Virus record (IMG/VR): IMGVR_UViG_3300032321_001536
Length of the DNA stretch: 64,000 nt
Source of the DNA: a virus
Strand: one strand, 5' to 3'
The number at the start of each line of letters is the position of its first letter. Position 1 is the first letter of the stretch. Under the pieces are notes generated by a model, which did not search any database, was not told the DNA's origin, and was given only the letters and a program-made list of their open reading frames with translations. Positions 55,329 through 63,511 of the stretch are shown here, piece by piece. The translations under genes and the position numbers were made by a program.

Positions 55329-55590
55329 AGTGAATATTATTTTTACAGTTACCTTTATGAGAACCCCATCTTGAGTTTCCGTATCCTACTACAATATATT
55401 CACAACCTTCAAGTGTATACACTTTATAGTTTTGGTCATAGTATTGTGAGTTTTTATCTAACTCCATACGTTTTGTTTCTGGGGCTCTTACTCCTCTGTC
55501 TTCACAAGAAGTAAAGAACATTGTAAATAGTAGAATAAGTCCTGAGATTATAACTACTTCAATTAGTTTAATTTTGTCTTTTGCGCTCAT
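55315..55590 (-). CDS. small lipoprotein (lipobox FFTSC), paralog of 58098..58445
   Basis: shared RAPETKRMELDKNSQYYDQNYK / KAPQSKRMELDSTSRYSDQNYK. Confidence 0.55.
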   Translation of the reverse strand: MSAKDKIKLIEVVIISGLILLFTMFFTSCEDRGVRAPETKRMELDKNSQYYDQNYKVYTLEGCEYIVVGYGNSRWGSHKGNCKNNIHYEKK

Positions 55591-55599
55591 ATGTTTTTT

Positions 55600-55800
55600 T
55601 TATTTTAAAAATATATATACAGTATCAGAAACAACATTACTGACCGTAATAGATTCGTGACATTTTCCATCATAATTAACATGCTCAGTCACAACAGTAA
55701 CGGTGTCTTTTTCAACAAATGATGAATAACATCCGTAATCTTTAGTTGATTTACAACTAAATAGAATGAGTGATAGGAGTATTAGTAATTTAGTTTTCAT
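55600..55800 (-). CDS. small lipoprotein (LILFSC)
   Basis: signal peptide + Cys lipobox. Confidence 0.45.
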   Translation of the reverse strand: MKTKLLILLSLILFSCKSTKDYGCYSSFVEKDTVTVVTEHVNYDGKCHESITVSNVVSDTVYIFLK

Positions 55801-56012
55801 ATATAAATTGGATTATCGTTTAAGTAAATTAAAAAAATAAGCAACATCATGGTGATATACCCCATTACAAACCATCGAGTTTTTGGAGCAAATCCTTCAG
55901 ATATTTCAATACCTAAAAATTTTCGCTTATCAACCCACACTTCTTCATAAGAAGCCTTTGTGATTAAGGCTGATATAACAAAAAGTATAAAAACAATTAG
56001 TTTTAGTTCCAT
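55797..56012 (-). CDS. small membrane protein (71 aa, 2 TM)
   Basis: hydrophobic segments; ATGA-coupled. Confidence 0.4.
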   Translation of the reverse strand: MELKLIVFILFVISALITKASYEEVWVDKRKFLGIEISEGFAPKTRWFVMGYITMMLLIFLIYLNDNPIYI

Positions 56013-56058
56013 TTTTAATTTAATAAGGGTGGTGAATTATCACCACCCGATTTTCATA

Positions 56059-57009
56059 TTATTGTTTAATATTTAAAAACATTCCTGAACCACCAGCAAC
56101 TGTTGTTGGAAGTTTTCCATCCCAAGCGTTAGCTTTCAAATACTCAATATAAAGTGGAGATAGTTCACTTTGTTTAATCTTAATAGCTTTTGCTGCTGCG
56201 TTTGCGTTAATCACAGTTTCTGCAGAATCTGCTCTTGCTACAGCTACCTTACGTCTTCCTTCAGAGATTGCAGCAATCGCTTGTTGTTCAGACGCTTCAG
56301 CTTGTTGAATTGCTTTTGTTTTTGCAATAATTGATTCTTGTAAAGCTTCTGGTGGTGTAATATTAGTTCGTAATTGAGATACATTAAACCATTTAGATAA
56401 TCTAACATTACATTCTGCAACAATCGCTGATTCAAAAGCTTGTCGGTGATTAAAAATACTATCAACTTCCCAAGTATTTGCAACGTCATTAACGGCTCCG
56501 ATAATTGCATTTTTCAACCATCCTCTTTCTACTTCACTGATAGGAAGTCTTAAGTTAACAAACATATCACCAATAGCATCTTCTCTCAAAGAATAGTTGA
56601 ATGTTGGTTTAATAGTTGCTGAGAAACCACCTTTAAGGATCACACCTTGGTCTTCATACTCAATGTGTTGTTGGTATGTTGGAAACTCCAATACTTGTTC
56701 AGTCCAAGTGTTATACAATACCCAACCTGTTTTGTATTGGTAAGAAGATACACCACGTTGGTCACCTACTAAATTGATTTTTAATCCTTTGTGTCCGGCA
56801 TCAACTTTTTCAATTGCGAATGGTTGAAACATTGAGATTAAAATACCGGCTACAAAAATAACAATTGGTTTAATTAGCCACGATGCGCTAAATTTTTCAA
56901 CTTGATTTCCATAACTATTTGTGCCTTTCACAAACATACTACCTCTTGTTTTTAGTGCGGTGAGGACTGCCGCAATTAAACATACTACAAAAATTACTGT
57001 GCTAATCAT
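56059..57009 (-). CDS. SPFH/band-7/prohibitin-domain membrane protein
   Basis: N-terminal TM, SPFH core, C-terminal Ala/Gln/Glu-rich coiled coil (AIQQAEASEQQAIAAISEGRRKVAVARADSAETV). Confidence 0.75.
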   Translation of the reverse strand: MISTVIFVVCLIAAVLTALKTRGSMFVKGTNSYGNQVEKFSASWLIKPIVIFVAGILISMFQPFAIEKVDAGHKGLKINLVGDQRGVSSYQYKTGWVLYNTWTEQVLEFPTYQQHIEYEDQGVILKGGFSATIKPTFNYSLREDAIGDMFVNLRLPISEVERGWLKNAIIGAVNDVANTWEVDSIFNHRQAFESAIVAECNVRLSKWFNVSQLRTNITPPEALQESIIAKTKAIQQAEASEQQAIAAISEGRRKVAVARADSAETVINANAAAKAIKIKQSELSPLYIEYLKANAWDGKLPTTVAGGSGMFLNIKQ

Positions 57010-57015
57010 TTTTCT

Positions 57016-57204
57016 TTATTTTTTATTTATAACTTTAATGGTTTCGTTTACTACTAACGCTACGAGTCCAACCATTCCAACGAAACCTACAAGTTGGATG
57101 AACCCGTTTACTTCTCTACTTACGACATACTCGCCGTAATATGTGGATGTAGCAATAAGTGCTACCCACATCAAGAATACTTTAAAATACTTCATTTTTA
57201 TCAT
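57016..57204 (-). CDS. small two-TM membrane protein immediately upstream of SPFH gene (NfeD-like partner candidate)
   Basis: MIKMKYFKVFLMWVALIATS...LVGFVGMVGLVALVV. Confidence 0.45.
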   Translation of the reverse strand: MIKMKYFKVFLMWVALIATSTYYGEYVVSREVNGFIQLVGFVGMVGLVALVVNETIKVINKK

Positions 57205-57214
57205 TTATCATTTA

Positions 57215-57436
57215 TCATTTAATTTCCAATACATTTTCAATCTTTGCTTCTCTTATATCCGCTAGTTCTACATAATAGATAATAGCAGTATATCTGTAAG
57301 CACTACTAGTAGCCGCAGTTGAATAATCAGTTTTAATTATCTGTCTTACATCAATTGTCTGTAGAAATTCACTCATTTCACCTTCGAGACGAGTTGAATA
57401 TTCACTATAAAATATCTTTACTTTAGCGTTTATCAT
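57215..57436 (-). CDS. hypothetical protein (73 aa)
   Basis: ORF. Confidence 0.4.
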   Translation of the reverse strand: MINAKVKIFYSEYSTRLEGEMSEFLQTIDVRQIIKTDYSTAATSSAYRYTAIIYYVELADIREAKIENVLEIK

Positions 57437-57453
57437 TTACGGTTAGTTTGTTA

Positions 57454-58101
57454 TTATTTCATTTCATTTAATTCTTCAATAATCTTTTCTTTATTATTCT
57501 TTAGTAACTCATTACAATAATCTGTATTGAATTTAACAGTATCTAAGAATTTGATTTGTGTTGGAATGAATTCTTCTAGAGACTTATTATACTCACTAGC
57601 TAAATTAGTAACAACAGATTTCCACCCTTCGATGATACCACCCATCGTATCAGCGTCTCTGATGATTTTTTGTAGGATATCTAAATCGATATCCAAGTGT
57701 GGGAACTCAGTTGCGATTATAATGTTCTCGATTTGAGAATATAAGTCGGACTTATTAGTGAACTTCGTGAACTCAGTAATAGTATCTAAAAACTCTTTTA
57801 AGGATACTAAGGCAAGTTCGATATTTTCACTATCTTTTAATTTACCACCAGAGTGATTAAAGTCGTGAAACAGTGCTGCTAAACCTAAACAAAGTTTATT
57901 ATATGGTGTTAGTTCATATTCATCTTTGTAATGATTAAAAAGTATCATAGCATTGTTGAAAACATTTACCATATGTTCATTGTTATGGTAATCGTTCTCT
58001 ACTAGATTGTTTTCTAAGATATAAACCTTAGCATTGTAAAGGATATTATCGATATTTGAATCATCAATATGTGGGAAGTCATTAAATGTTTTTAGTCTCA
58101 T
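57454..58101 (-). CDS. HD-domain phosphohydrolase-like protein
   Basis: NNEHMVNV ... AALFHDFNHSG (H...HD motif). Confidence 0.5.
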   Translation of the reverse strand: MRLKTFNDFPHIDDSNIDNILYNAKVYILENNLVENDYHNNEHMVNVFNNAMILFNHYKDEYELTPYNKLCLGLAALFHDFNHSGGKLKDSENIELALVSLKEFLDTITEFTKFTNKSDLYSQIENIIIATEFPHLDIDLDILQKIIRDADTMGGIIEGWKSVVTNLASEYNKSLEEFIPTQIKFLDTVKFNTDYCNELLKNNKEKIIEELNEMK

Positions 58102-58445
58102 ATGCCTAATTCTTTTAGTTTCTTATTTCTTAATTGTTCAGTACTTAATTCGGATGTTGACCAATCAGATTCACGACCAGTAAAATGTTCTCTTACTTGT
58201 TTATACTGACATCTTTCACATATTCTAAATTCGGTATCAACCATCGTAGTAAATGAACCATAACTAAAAAGTGAAGAAACAGTATGTTCAACTTCTTCTT
58301 TATAGTTTTGGTCAGAGTATCGTGAGGTAGAGTCTAATTCCATTCGTTTGGATTGAGGAGCTTTTTGTCTATTATCCTCATTACAAGCAGAGAAACCCAA
58401 AGTTAGGAAAAAGATAAATAGTGAAAGGTAAGCGATTGTTTTCAT
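58098..58445 (-). CDS. lipoprotein (GFSAC), paralog of 55315..55590
   Basis: conserved KRMELD...DQNYK block after lipobox. Confidence 0.5.
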   Translation of the reverse strand: MKTIAYLSLFIFFLTLGFSACNEDNRQKAPQSKRMELDSTSRYSDQNYKEEVEHTVSSLFSYGSFTTMVDTEFRICERCQYKQVREHFTGRESDWSTSELSTEQLRNKKLKELGI

Positions 58446-58476
58446 AGTTTTTTTATTTAATGATTTTTATAAGTTT

Positions 58477-58803
58477 TTAGAAAAATAAAGAAATCCATTG
58501 AGCAGTTTTATATCCTGCAAAAGCTCCGAGCGCAGCACTTCCAGGAAGTATAATGAATCTACCAAGTCTTGTTGTGTATTTAGCTCTGTTAACAATATAA
58601 GACATTAGGCTATAGTAGACCAAAAAATTAATAAACACCATTGCATCTAATTCTTTGGAGATAAAAAGAACAATAGAGTTACCAACAAAACCCCACAAAA
58701 AATTAGTGATGGTTTCACGTATTAATTCACCAGGTGTTGTAATTGCTCCATAGATATTAATTTTTTTTTCAAATAAATTTTTTCCGTCTTTATTTTTCGT
58801 CAT
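58477..58803 (-). CDS. integral membrane protein (108 aa)
   Basis: 3 hydrophobic segments. Confidence 0.45.
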   Translation of the reverse strand: MTKNKDGKNLFEKKINIYGAITTPGELIRETITNFLWGFVGNSIVLFISKELDAMVFINFLVYYSLMSYIVNRAKYTTRLGRFIILPGSAALGAFAGYKTAQWISLFF

Positions 58804-59164
58804 AATCTGTTTTTTGATTGTGCTTTACCACTTTGAAAAGTGCCTTTTCGATATTGTAGCCATTATTGATAAAATACTTCAAACTATCAACATTACAGTG
58901 CGCATAAATTGTTTTATCAGAGTCCCAAATTTTTGATTCTCGGTAATTCCAAAGAAGTTTATAAATACCGCGACCTCTCCAATTATCATCGACATAAGAG
59001 TGGCAAAGATAGATACAGTGTTCATGTTCAACATAAGAAACCACACCAACAAGTTTGTCTTTGATAAGACATCCGAAATAAGTAGCCGAAGAATCTAATA
59101 AATCTGGTTTTACTTTGCCAAATTTTTCCTCTACTTGTTCGTAACTAACCTTTGTGATTTCCAT
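58790..59164 (-). CDS. GNAT-family N-acetyltransferase
   Basis: VDDNWRGRGIYKLL (motif A R-x-x-G-x-G/A). Confidence 0.6.
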   Translation of the reverse strand: MEITKVSYEQVEEKFGKVKPDLLDSSATYFGCLIKDKLVGVVSYVEHEHCIYLCHSYVDDNWRGRGIYKLLWNYRESKIWDSDKTIYAHCNVDSLKYFINNGYNIEKALFKVVKHNQKTDYDEK

Positions 59165-59330
59165 ATCTTTTATAAACAGATTATAGTTTTTGTTTTATTA
59201 AATAATGGTTAATTCTCATTATATATTTAAGGACATATTTGTTGCTACTTCAATTAGAAACAACATAAGCGCTGTTAAACTCACGGTAAAGAAAACTAGA
59301 ATTAGTAAATTTCTCATAGTTAAAATTTAT

Positions 59331-59365
59331 ATAAAAAAAATTATCAAAGGATTACCCTTTGATAA
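59331..59365 (-). terminator. terminator for 59352..59975: perfect 10-bp inverted repeat ttatcaaagg/cctttgataa overlapping the stop codon, followed (minus strand) by T8
   Basis: seen directly. Confidence 0.65.
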
Positions 59366-59975
59366 CTTCAACGTTTTTAAGTGCTACAACTGGTTTCACA
59401 GCTTCCATAACTTCTTGAACATCACCATATTGGTTCAATTTGTCGATAGTTCCTTTAGCAACAGAGTATTTAGTAGTTGCTTTGATGATTTTCTCTTTGT
59501 CAGCGTCTGTGATATCTGAACAGTTCTCAATCAACATAGAAAGAACCTCTCCGTATTTTTCGATCATTGCTGAGTCGAATGCGAAAGTAGTGTCTTCTTC
59601 AACGATTTCTTCACCGTAAGTCTCACGTAACTCTTCGGCACGAGCCTCAGTAACTGTGATATACTTGTCAGTCGGTATAAACATAACTTGTGCAGTATCT
59701 CCGGATACTTCCTGAACAATCATAACAGACTCAGGGTTTTTACCAGTTTGAGAGTAGTAATCAACCCACTCAGATTTAGCCAAGTCTTTGATTTCGTCAG
59801 AAATCATGTCAGCTTGAGCTTTAGCTGACTTGAGTGTATCATTAAGTTGCTCTAATTTTTCAACTTTAGAGAAGAAGTTAGGATCAGTTACCTGAAGACG
59901 GATTTTTTTGTCTTTTGATGCTGTAGTCTTAGCGGGTGCTGCTTTCTTTGCCTTTTGAAATAAGTTAGTTGCCAT
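59352..59975 (-). CDS. hypothetical protein (207 aa), Ala/Lys-rich N-terminus, relatively GC-rich codons; candidate abundant protein
   Basis: own terminator, long upstream leader. Confidence 0.6.
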   Translation of the reverse strand: MATNLFQKAKKAAPAKTTASKDKKIRLQVTDPNFFSKVEKLEQLNDTLKSAKAQADMISDEIKDLAKSEWVDYYSQTGKNPESVMIVQEVSGDTAQVMFIPTDKYITVTEARAEELRETYGEEIVEEDTTFAFDSAMIEKYGEVLSMLIENCSDITDADKEKIIKATTKYSVAKGTIDKLNQYGDVQEVMEAVKPVVALKNVEVIKG

Positions 59976-60121
59976 AATTTTTTCTTTTTTTATTTGTAGT
60001 GATTAATTTTCTTTTACAAAGATAAGGAGTTTCTCTGATATCACCAAATAATTTCTTATCTTTTTTTCTGATTGTTGTATCTAAATCGTTGCCTCAATCA
60101 GACAATACAAATATACGGAAA

Positions 60122-60829
60122 TTATTTTAATTTCAAAGCTAAACCTGCTTGTTTTTGATTATTATTAGATGAAATTTGTAGAGATAGTGTAGCTACTGCA
60201 GTTCCTCCTAAAAGAACATAACCAAATACTGGTGTTTGACCATTTTTGATATTATTAGTTATTACTGCTGTTGATACTATACTACCTAATATACCGATTA
60301 CCAGTGAGTAATTTCTTTGATTAGCTGACTTTATTGTGTAATAAGAAGACAGACTTAATCTTTCCTGTAATTCATTCATTTGTAATGAATAGTTTAGTGA
60401 TACACCATCACCTATTCCATCTATATTTACAGGTAGGTTAAATTCGGAATAATTTCCAGAGGCAGAAAGTTTTGATGTATCACTATTAAAAATAAAATTA
60501 CAATTACAATTCTGATTAAAAATAATTTCATTGATATTTTTTTTATCATCATTACTAATTGGTTTGTTAATAACAATATCAGCATCTACTTTATTTAGAA
60601 AACTTAACATATCTAAGTTAGTGAGTATATATTTAGTTGAATCTGTAAAGTTACCCGTTATACCGTTGCGTGTATTTACCTGTTTATTTTTAGATAAATC
60701 AGATTTAATTGATTTAATTACTCCAATGGTATCACCATTTTTAGTTATAAATTCGTTTTTTCGACCATAACTTTGTGAGAATATTGATGTAGATACTAAC
60801 AAGAAGATAATTGAGATTAAGTTTTTCAT
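60122..60829 (-). CDS. secreted protein with hydrophobic C-terminal region (235 aa)
   Basis: signal peptide MKNLISIIFLLVSTSIFSQ. Confidence 0.5.
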   Translation of the reverse strand: MKNLISIIFLLVSTSIFSQSYGRKNEFITKNGDTIGVIKSIKSDLSKNKQVNTRNGITGNFTDSTKYILTNLDMLSFLNKVDADIVINKPISNDDKKNINEIIFNQNCNCNFIFNSDTSKLSASGNYSEFNLPVNIDGIGDGVSLNYSLQMNELQERLSLSSYYTIKSANQRNYSLVIGILGSIVSTAVITNNIKNGQTPVFGYVLLGGTAVATLSLQISSNNNQKQAGLALKLK

Positions 60830-60941
60830 AAAATTTGTTTTTAGTGGTTAATAATTATAATACAAATATAAGGAAATTATTTAAATATTTCTAAAATATT
60901 TTTGGATTTATTTTAATTACAAAATATTAATATATAATCTT

Positions 60942-61286
60942 ATGAAAATTATTCTGAATTATAAATTGTTTTGTGAAAGTTTATCTGAAGATGAAGAAAG
61001 AGATTATTATAACTCATTTTCTGAAGATATACATGCATTACTATTTTATTATGTTGAAAAGTATAATTTAACAACTGAAGAAGCAAAAGAGATGTTTAAA
61101 CCAGGAACTAACTTTTTTGTAAATTTTATTTATACTTTAGAAGATTATCATTGGTTTGATTACTCAAAACTCAACTACTTCTTAAAAGAATGGAATATAT
61201 TATTAGATTCTATTGATGATATGAGAGAAGAGGGTATGTTCGATAATGAAGACGAATATGAAGATGATGAAAGAGAAGAGTATTAA
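60942..61286 (+). CDS. acidic hypothetical protein (114 aa)
   Basis: ORF. Confidence 0.45.
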   Translation: MKIILNYKLFCESLSEDEERDYYNSFSEDIHALLFYYVEKYNLTTEEAKEMFKPGTNFFVNFIYTLEDYHWFDYSKLNYFLKEWNILLDSIDDMREEGMFDNEDEYEDDEREEY

Positions 61287-61593
61287 AATGAAATACTTAA
61301 AATCATTTAACGAAAGCGTGATTGGTTTCAATCCATCAGAGGCTGATAAAATTAAATTTCTACCAGGATTTGAGTTTTACAGAATATGGTCTGACTTATA
61401 CGGTTATACAGTTTCGGGTAAGAGAATGAATTTACCAATGGAGAGAATCACCGTCTATAAACGAGATGATAAATTCTTTGTTGAAATTATTACGATGCCT
61501 AAGTACTCAGTAGACACACAAGAGTTTAATGATATAGAGTCTGTAAAGAACTACTTAATTAACTATCAATGGTATGATACTCAAACAGGTTAG
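61246..61593 (+). CDS. hypothetical protein (115 aa); true start may be ATG 61288
   Basis: 41-nt overlap with upstream gene as listed. Confidence 0.4.
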   Translation: MKTNMKMMKEKSIKMKYLKSFNESVIGFNPSEADKIKFLPGFEFYRIWSDLYGYTVSGKRMNLPMERITVYKRDDKFFVEIITMPKYSVDTQEFNDIESVKNYLINYQWYDTQTG

Positions 61594-61601
61594 TGTAAAA
61601 C

Positions 61602-61631
61602 AAAAAAAGAGACCGATTGGTCTCTTTTTTT
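61602..61631. terminator. bidirectional terminator (agagacc gatt ggtctct between A7 and T7)
   Basis: same stem sequence as terminator at 26157. Confidence 0.7.
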
Positions 61632-61869
61632 ATTCAATACCGTCTTCGAATTCTTTCTCTGCAAGAATACTACCTAAAAACTGTGTTTCATTTTCTAAGA
61701 AAATAATATAATTGTTTAATAGATTAATAGAATCTTTTTTATTTTGAACTTCGGTTTCAAGAGAGTCTGTTTTTGTTTTTAATAATTGTGAGTAAGCGTC
61801 ACAATTAGAATTTGTCTTACATGAAGTTATAATAAATAATAAACATATAATAGATAATAAGTTTTTCAT
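61630..61869 (-). CDS. small lipoprotein (MKNLLSIICLLFIITSCK)
   Basis: signal peptide + lipobox; N-terminus duplicated in next gene. Confidence 0.5.
   Translation of the reverse strand: MKNLLSIICLLFIITSCKTNSNCDAYSQLLKTKTDSLETEVQNKKDSINLLNNYIIFLENETQFLGSILAEKEFEDGIE
61841..61869. repeat. 29-nt direct repeat copy 1 (aaacatataatagataataagtttttcat) = signal-peptide start cassette
   Basis: identical to 62224..62252. Confidence 0.8.
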
Positions 61870-61880
61870 AATTTAATCGT

Positions 61881-62252
61881 TTAATTTTTTATTGTTTTAA
61901 CTGCTCTAGCATTAATATGTCCTTCTTTTAAGGTTATTGCTATAAGTTTGTGTGTAAAAACTTGCATCCAAGCATAATCAGAATTATGTTCTGTAGAACT
62001 CCAGTAATTAGTGTTAACAAAATTACCTATAAGATCCTTATTGTTATACATTTCTTCTAATTCGTTTTTAGTTGGTAATCTCCAACCTTTACCCAATTCT
62101 TTACACTCTCTTTTAGCGTTATACCAAGTGACTTCAGTCGGTAAATCATATTGAGCAATTTCTATACTATCAAGTTTATATGTTGTTCCTATTATCTGTG
62201 ATACAGATGTGAGTGTAAAAAACAAACATATAATAGATAATAAGTTTTTCAT
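61881..62252 (-). CDS. secreted DUF1566 (Lcl C-terminal domain)-like protein; start at ATG 62252
   Basis: WYNAKRECKELGKGWRLPTKNELEEMYN...NYWSST; same MKNLLSIICL signal start as upstream lipoprotein. Confidence 0.5.
   Translation of the reverse strand: MKNLLSIICLFFTLTSVSQIIGTTYKLDSIEIAQYDLPTEVTWYNAKRECKELGKGWRLPTKNELEEMYNNKDLIGNFVNTNYWSSTEHNSDYAWMQVFTHKLIAITLKEGHINARAVKTIKN
62224..62252. repeat. 29-nt direct repeat copy 2
   Basis: identical to 61841..61869. Confidence 0.8.
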
Positions 62253-62256
62253 ATCT

Positions 62257-63138
62257 CTACTTATTAACAAAGTTATAAGCCGCGGTAGATCCAGACATTG
62301 TAAAGGTGTAGTATTCAGTATCACAATAACTTTCATTAGCTCGGATTTTTACTTTAGAAGCCGCTAAGAAATCAGACTTAAAATCTTTATCTGAAAATAA
62401 ATCATCTTCAAAGAAAATCATTGTATTATCAGATGATTTCATACCTTCAACTACATATTTTTTATCAACACCACCAACAGTAAATACAAAATCACAACTA
62501 ATCACGTCGTCACAAAAGTAAGAACCGTTTAAGTATAAAAAAGGATATTTAACTGTTTTTTCAACTGCGTAATTCATATAGTTTTTCAACTCTATAATTA
62601 ATCCAGTATTTTGTTCAGACCAACCAGAACCCATATAAGTTACCTCATATGAACGTGGAAATCCAGTGGTATAATATTCAGTATCACCAATGTAGTAGGT
62701 TCCTGATGTAGTTACAATTTTATATGTAGGTTCTTTTTGTTGAAGTTCATAAGAAAGTAAATAAGAATTAGGATTTCTATATGTAGTCAGAGAGATAACA
62801 AAATCGTTAATAATATTTTTTGAGCTATCAGATACTTTATTGATGTAAGCTGTTTTACTTTGATAAGCAATGATATCAGTTTTCACATAAGGAATTGATG
62901 TGATTCTATCTCCTATTAATAAAACATCAGTGATAGACAACATTTTTTTGGTAATTGAATCTGGATATTCAATAACTATTTGAGGGTCACCTGTTTCCAT
63001 AGCTAGCCATCCAGTGTTATTTGTTGCAGTAAATGCTTTCTTAAAAGGATCGTCAAATCCGTTAGAGATTGTTTTGTAAGTCCATTGACCAAAGGTTGTA
63101 AATGTCGTAAAGAGTAAAATTGTTAGGAGTGTTTTCAT
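62257..63138 (-). CDS. secreted hypothetical protein (293 aa)
   Basis: signal peptide MKTLLTILLFTTFTTFGQ. Confidence 0.5.
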   Translation of the reverse strand: MKTLLTILLFTTFTTFGQWTYKTISNGFDDPFKKAFTATNNTGWLAMETGDPQIVIEYPDSITKKMLSITDVLLIGDRITSIPYVKTDIIAYQSKTAYINKVSDSSKNIINDFVISLTTYRNPNSYLLSYELQQKEPTYKIVTTSGTYYIGDTEYYTTGFPRSYEVTYMGSGWSEQNTGLIIELKNYMNYAVEKTVKYPFLYLNGSYFCDDVISCDFVFTVGGVDKKYVVEGMKSSDNTMIFFEDDLFSDKDFKSDFLAASKVKIRANESYCDTEYYTFTMSGSTAAYNFVNK

Positions 63139-63266
63139 GTAAGTAATTAGTTAAGTTAAGTTAATTCTATTAAAAACTTCTTTAAAGTTGGTAAAATACT
63201 TAAAATATATTTAATTTTCTCTAATCACCATATACAACTAAACAATTTGTCTACCATATAATAATT

Positions 63267-63422
63267 ATGAAAAATCTAATAATATTATCACATCCAAACG
63301 AAAAGAGCTTTAACGCTTCTATCGCCAAGATTATTCAAGAAACTCTACAAACAAATAACGAAGAAGTGAAAGTTATCGACTTATATAAAGAAGAATATAA
63401 CGTAATTAAAGACGTAGAATAA
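63267..63422 (+). pseudogene. 51-codon fragment matching the N-terminus of flavodoxin-like NAD(P)H:quinone oxidoreductases (truncated remnant)
   Basis: MKNLIILSHPNEKSFNASIAKIIQETLQTNNEEVKVIDLYKEEYNVIKDVE* resembles MKKILVLNGHP...SFN..LA....L...G.EV..IDLY then stops. Confidence 0.4.
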
Positions 63423-63460
63423 TAGAGATAAAAACATTAGTAAAATAATATAAAATTAAA

Positions 63461-63496
63461 TGACTCCAAACCAAAACGTGAGGAGTCATTTTATTT
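63461..63496 (+). terminator. weak terminator-like hairpin (tgactcc ... ggagtca + T-rich)
   Basis: 7-bp stem but 14-nt loop. Confidence 0.3.
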
Positions 63497-63511
63497 ATTT
63501 ACAAAACCTAA

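Noticed and set aside
57197-57220. Tandem 7-mer atcattt x3 at the 57205 gene junction
   Set aside because: Simple A+T-rich microsatellite spanning a stop/start junction; no evidence of function beyond providing the ATG.
59205-59519. + strand ORF overlapping the end of 59352..59975
   Set aside because: Low-complexity F/I/N-rich translation overlapping a well-supported terminator-bounded gene on the opposite strand.
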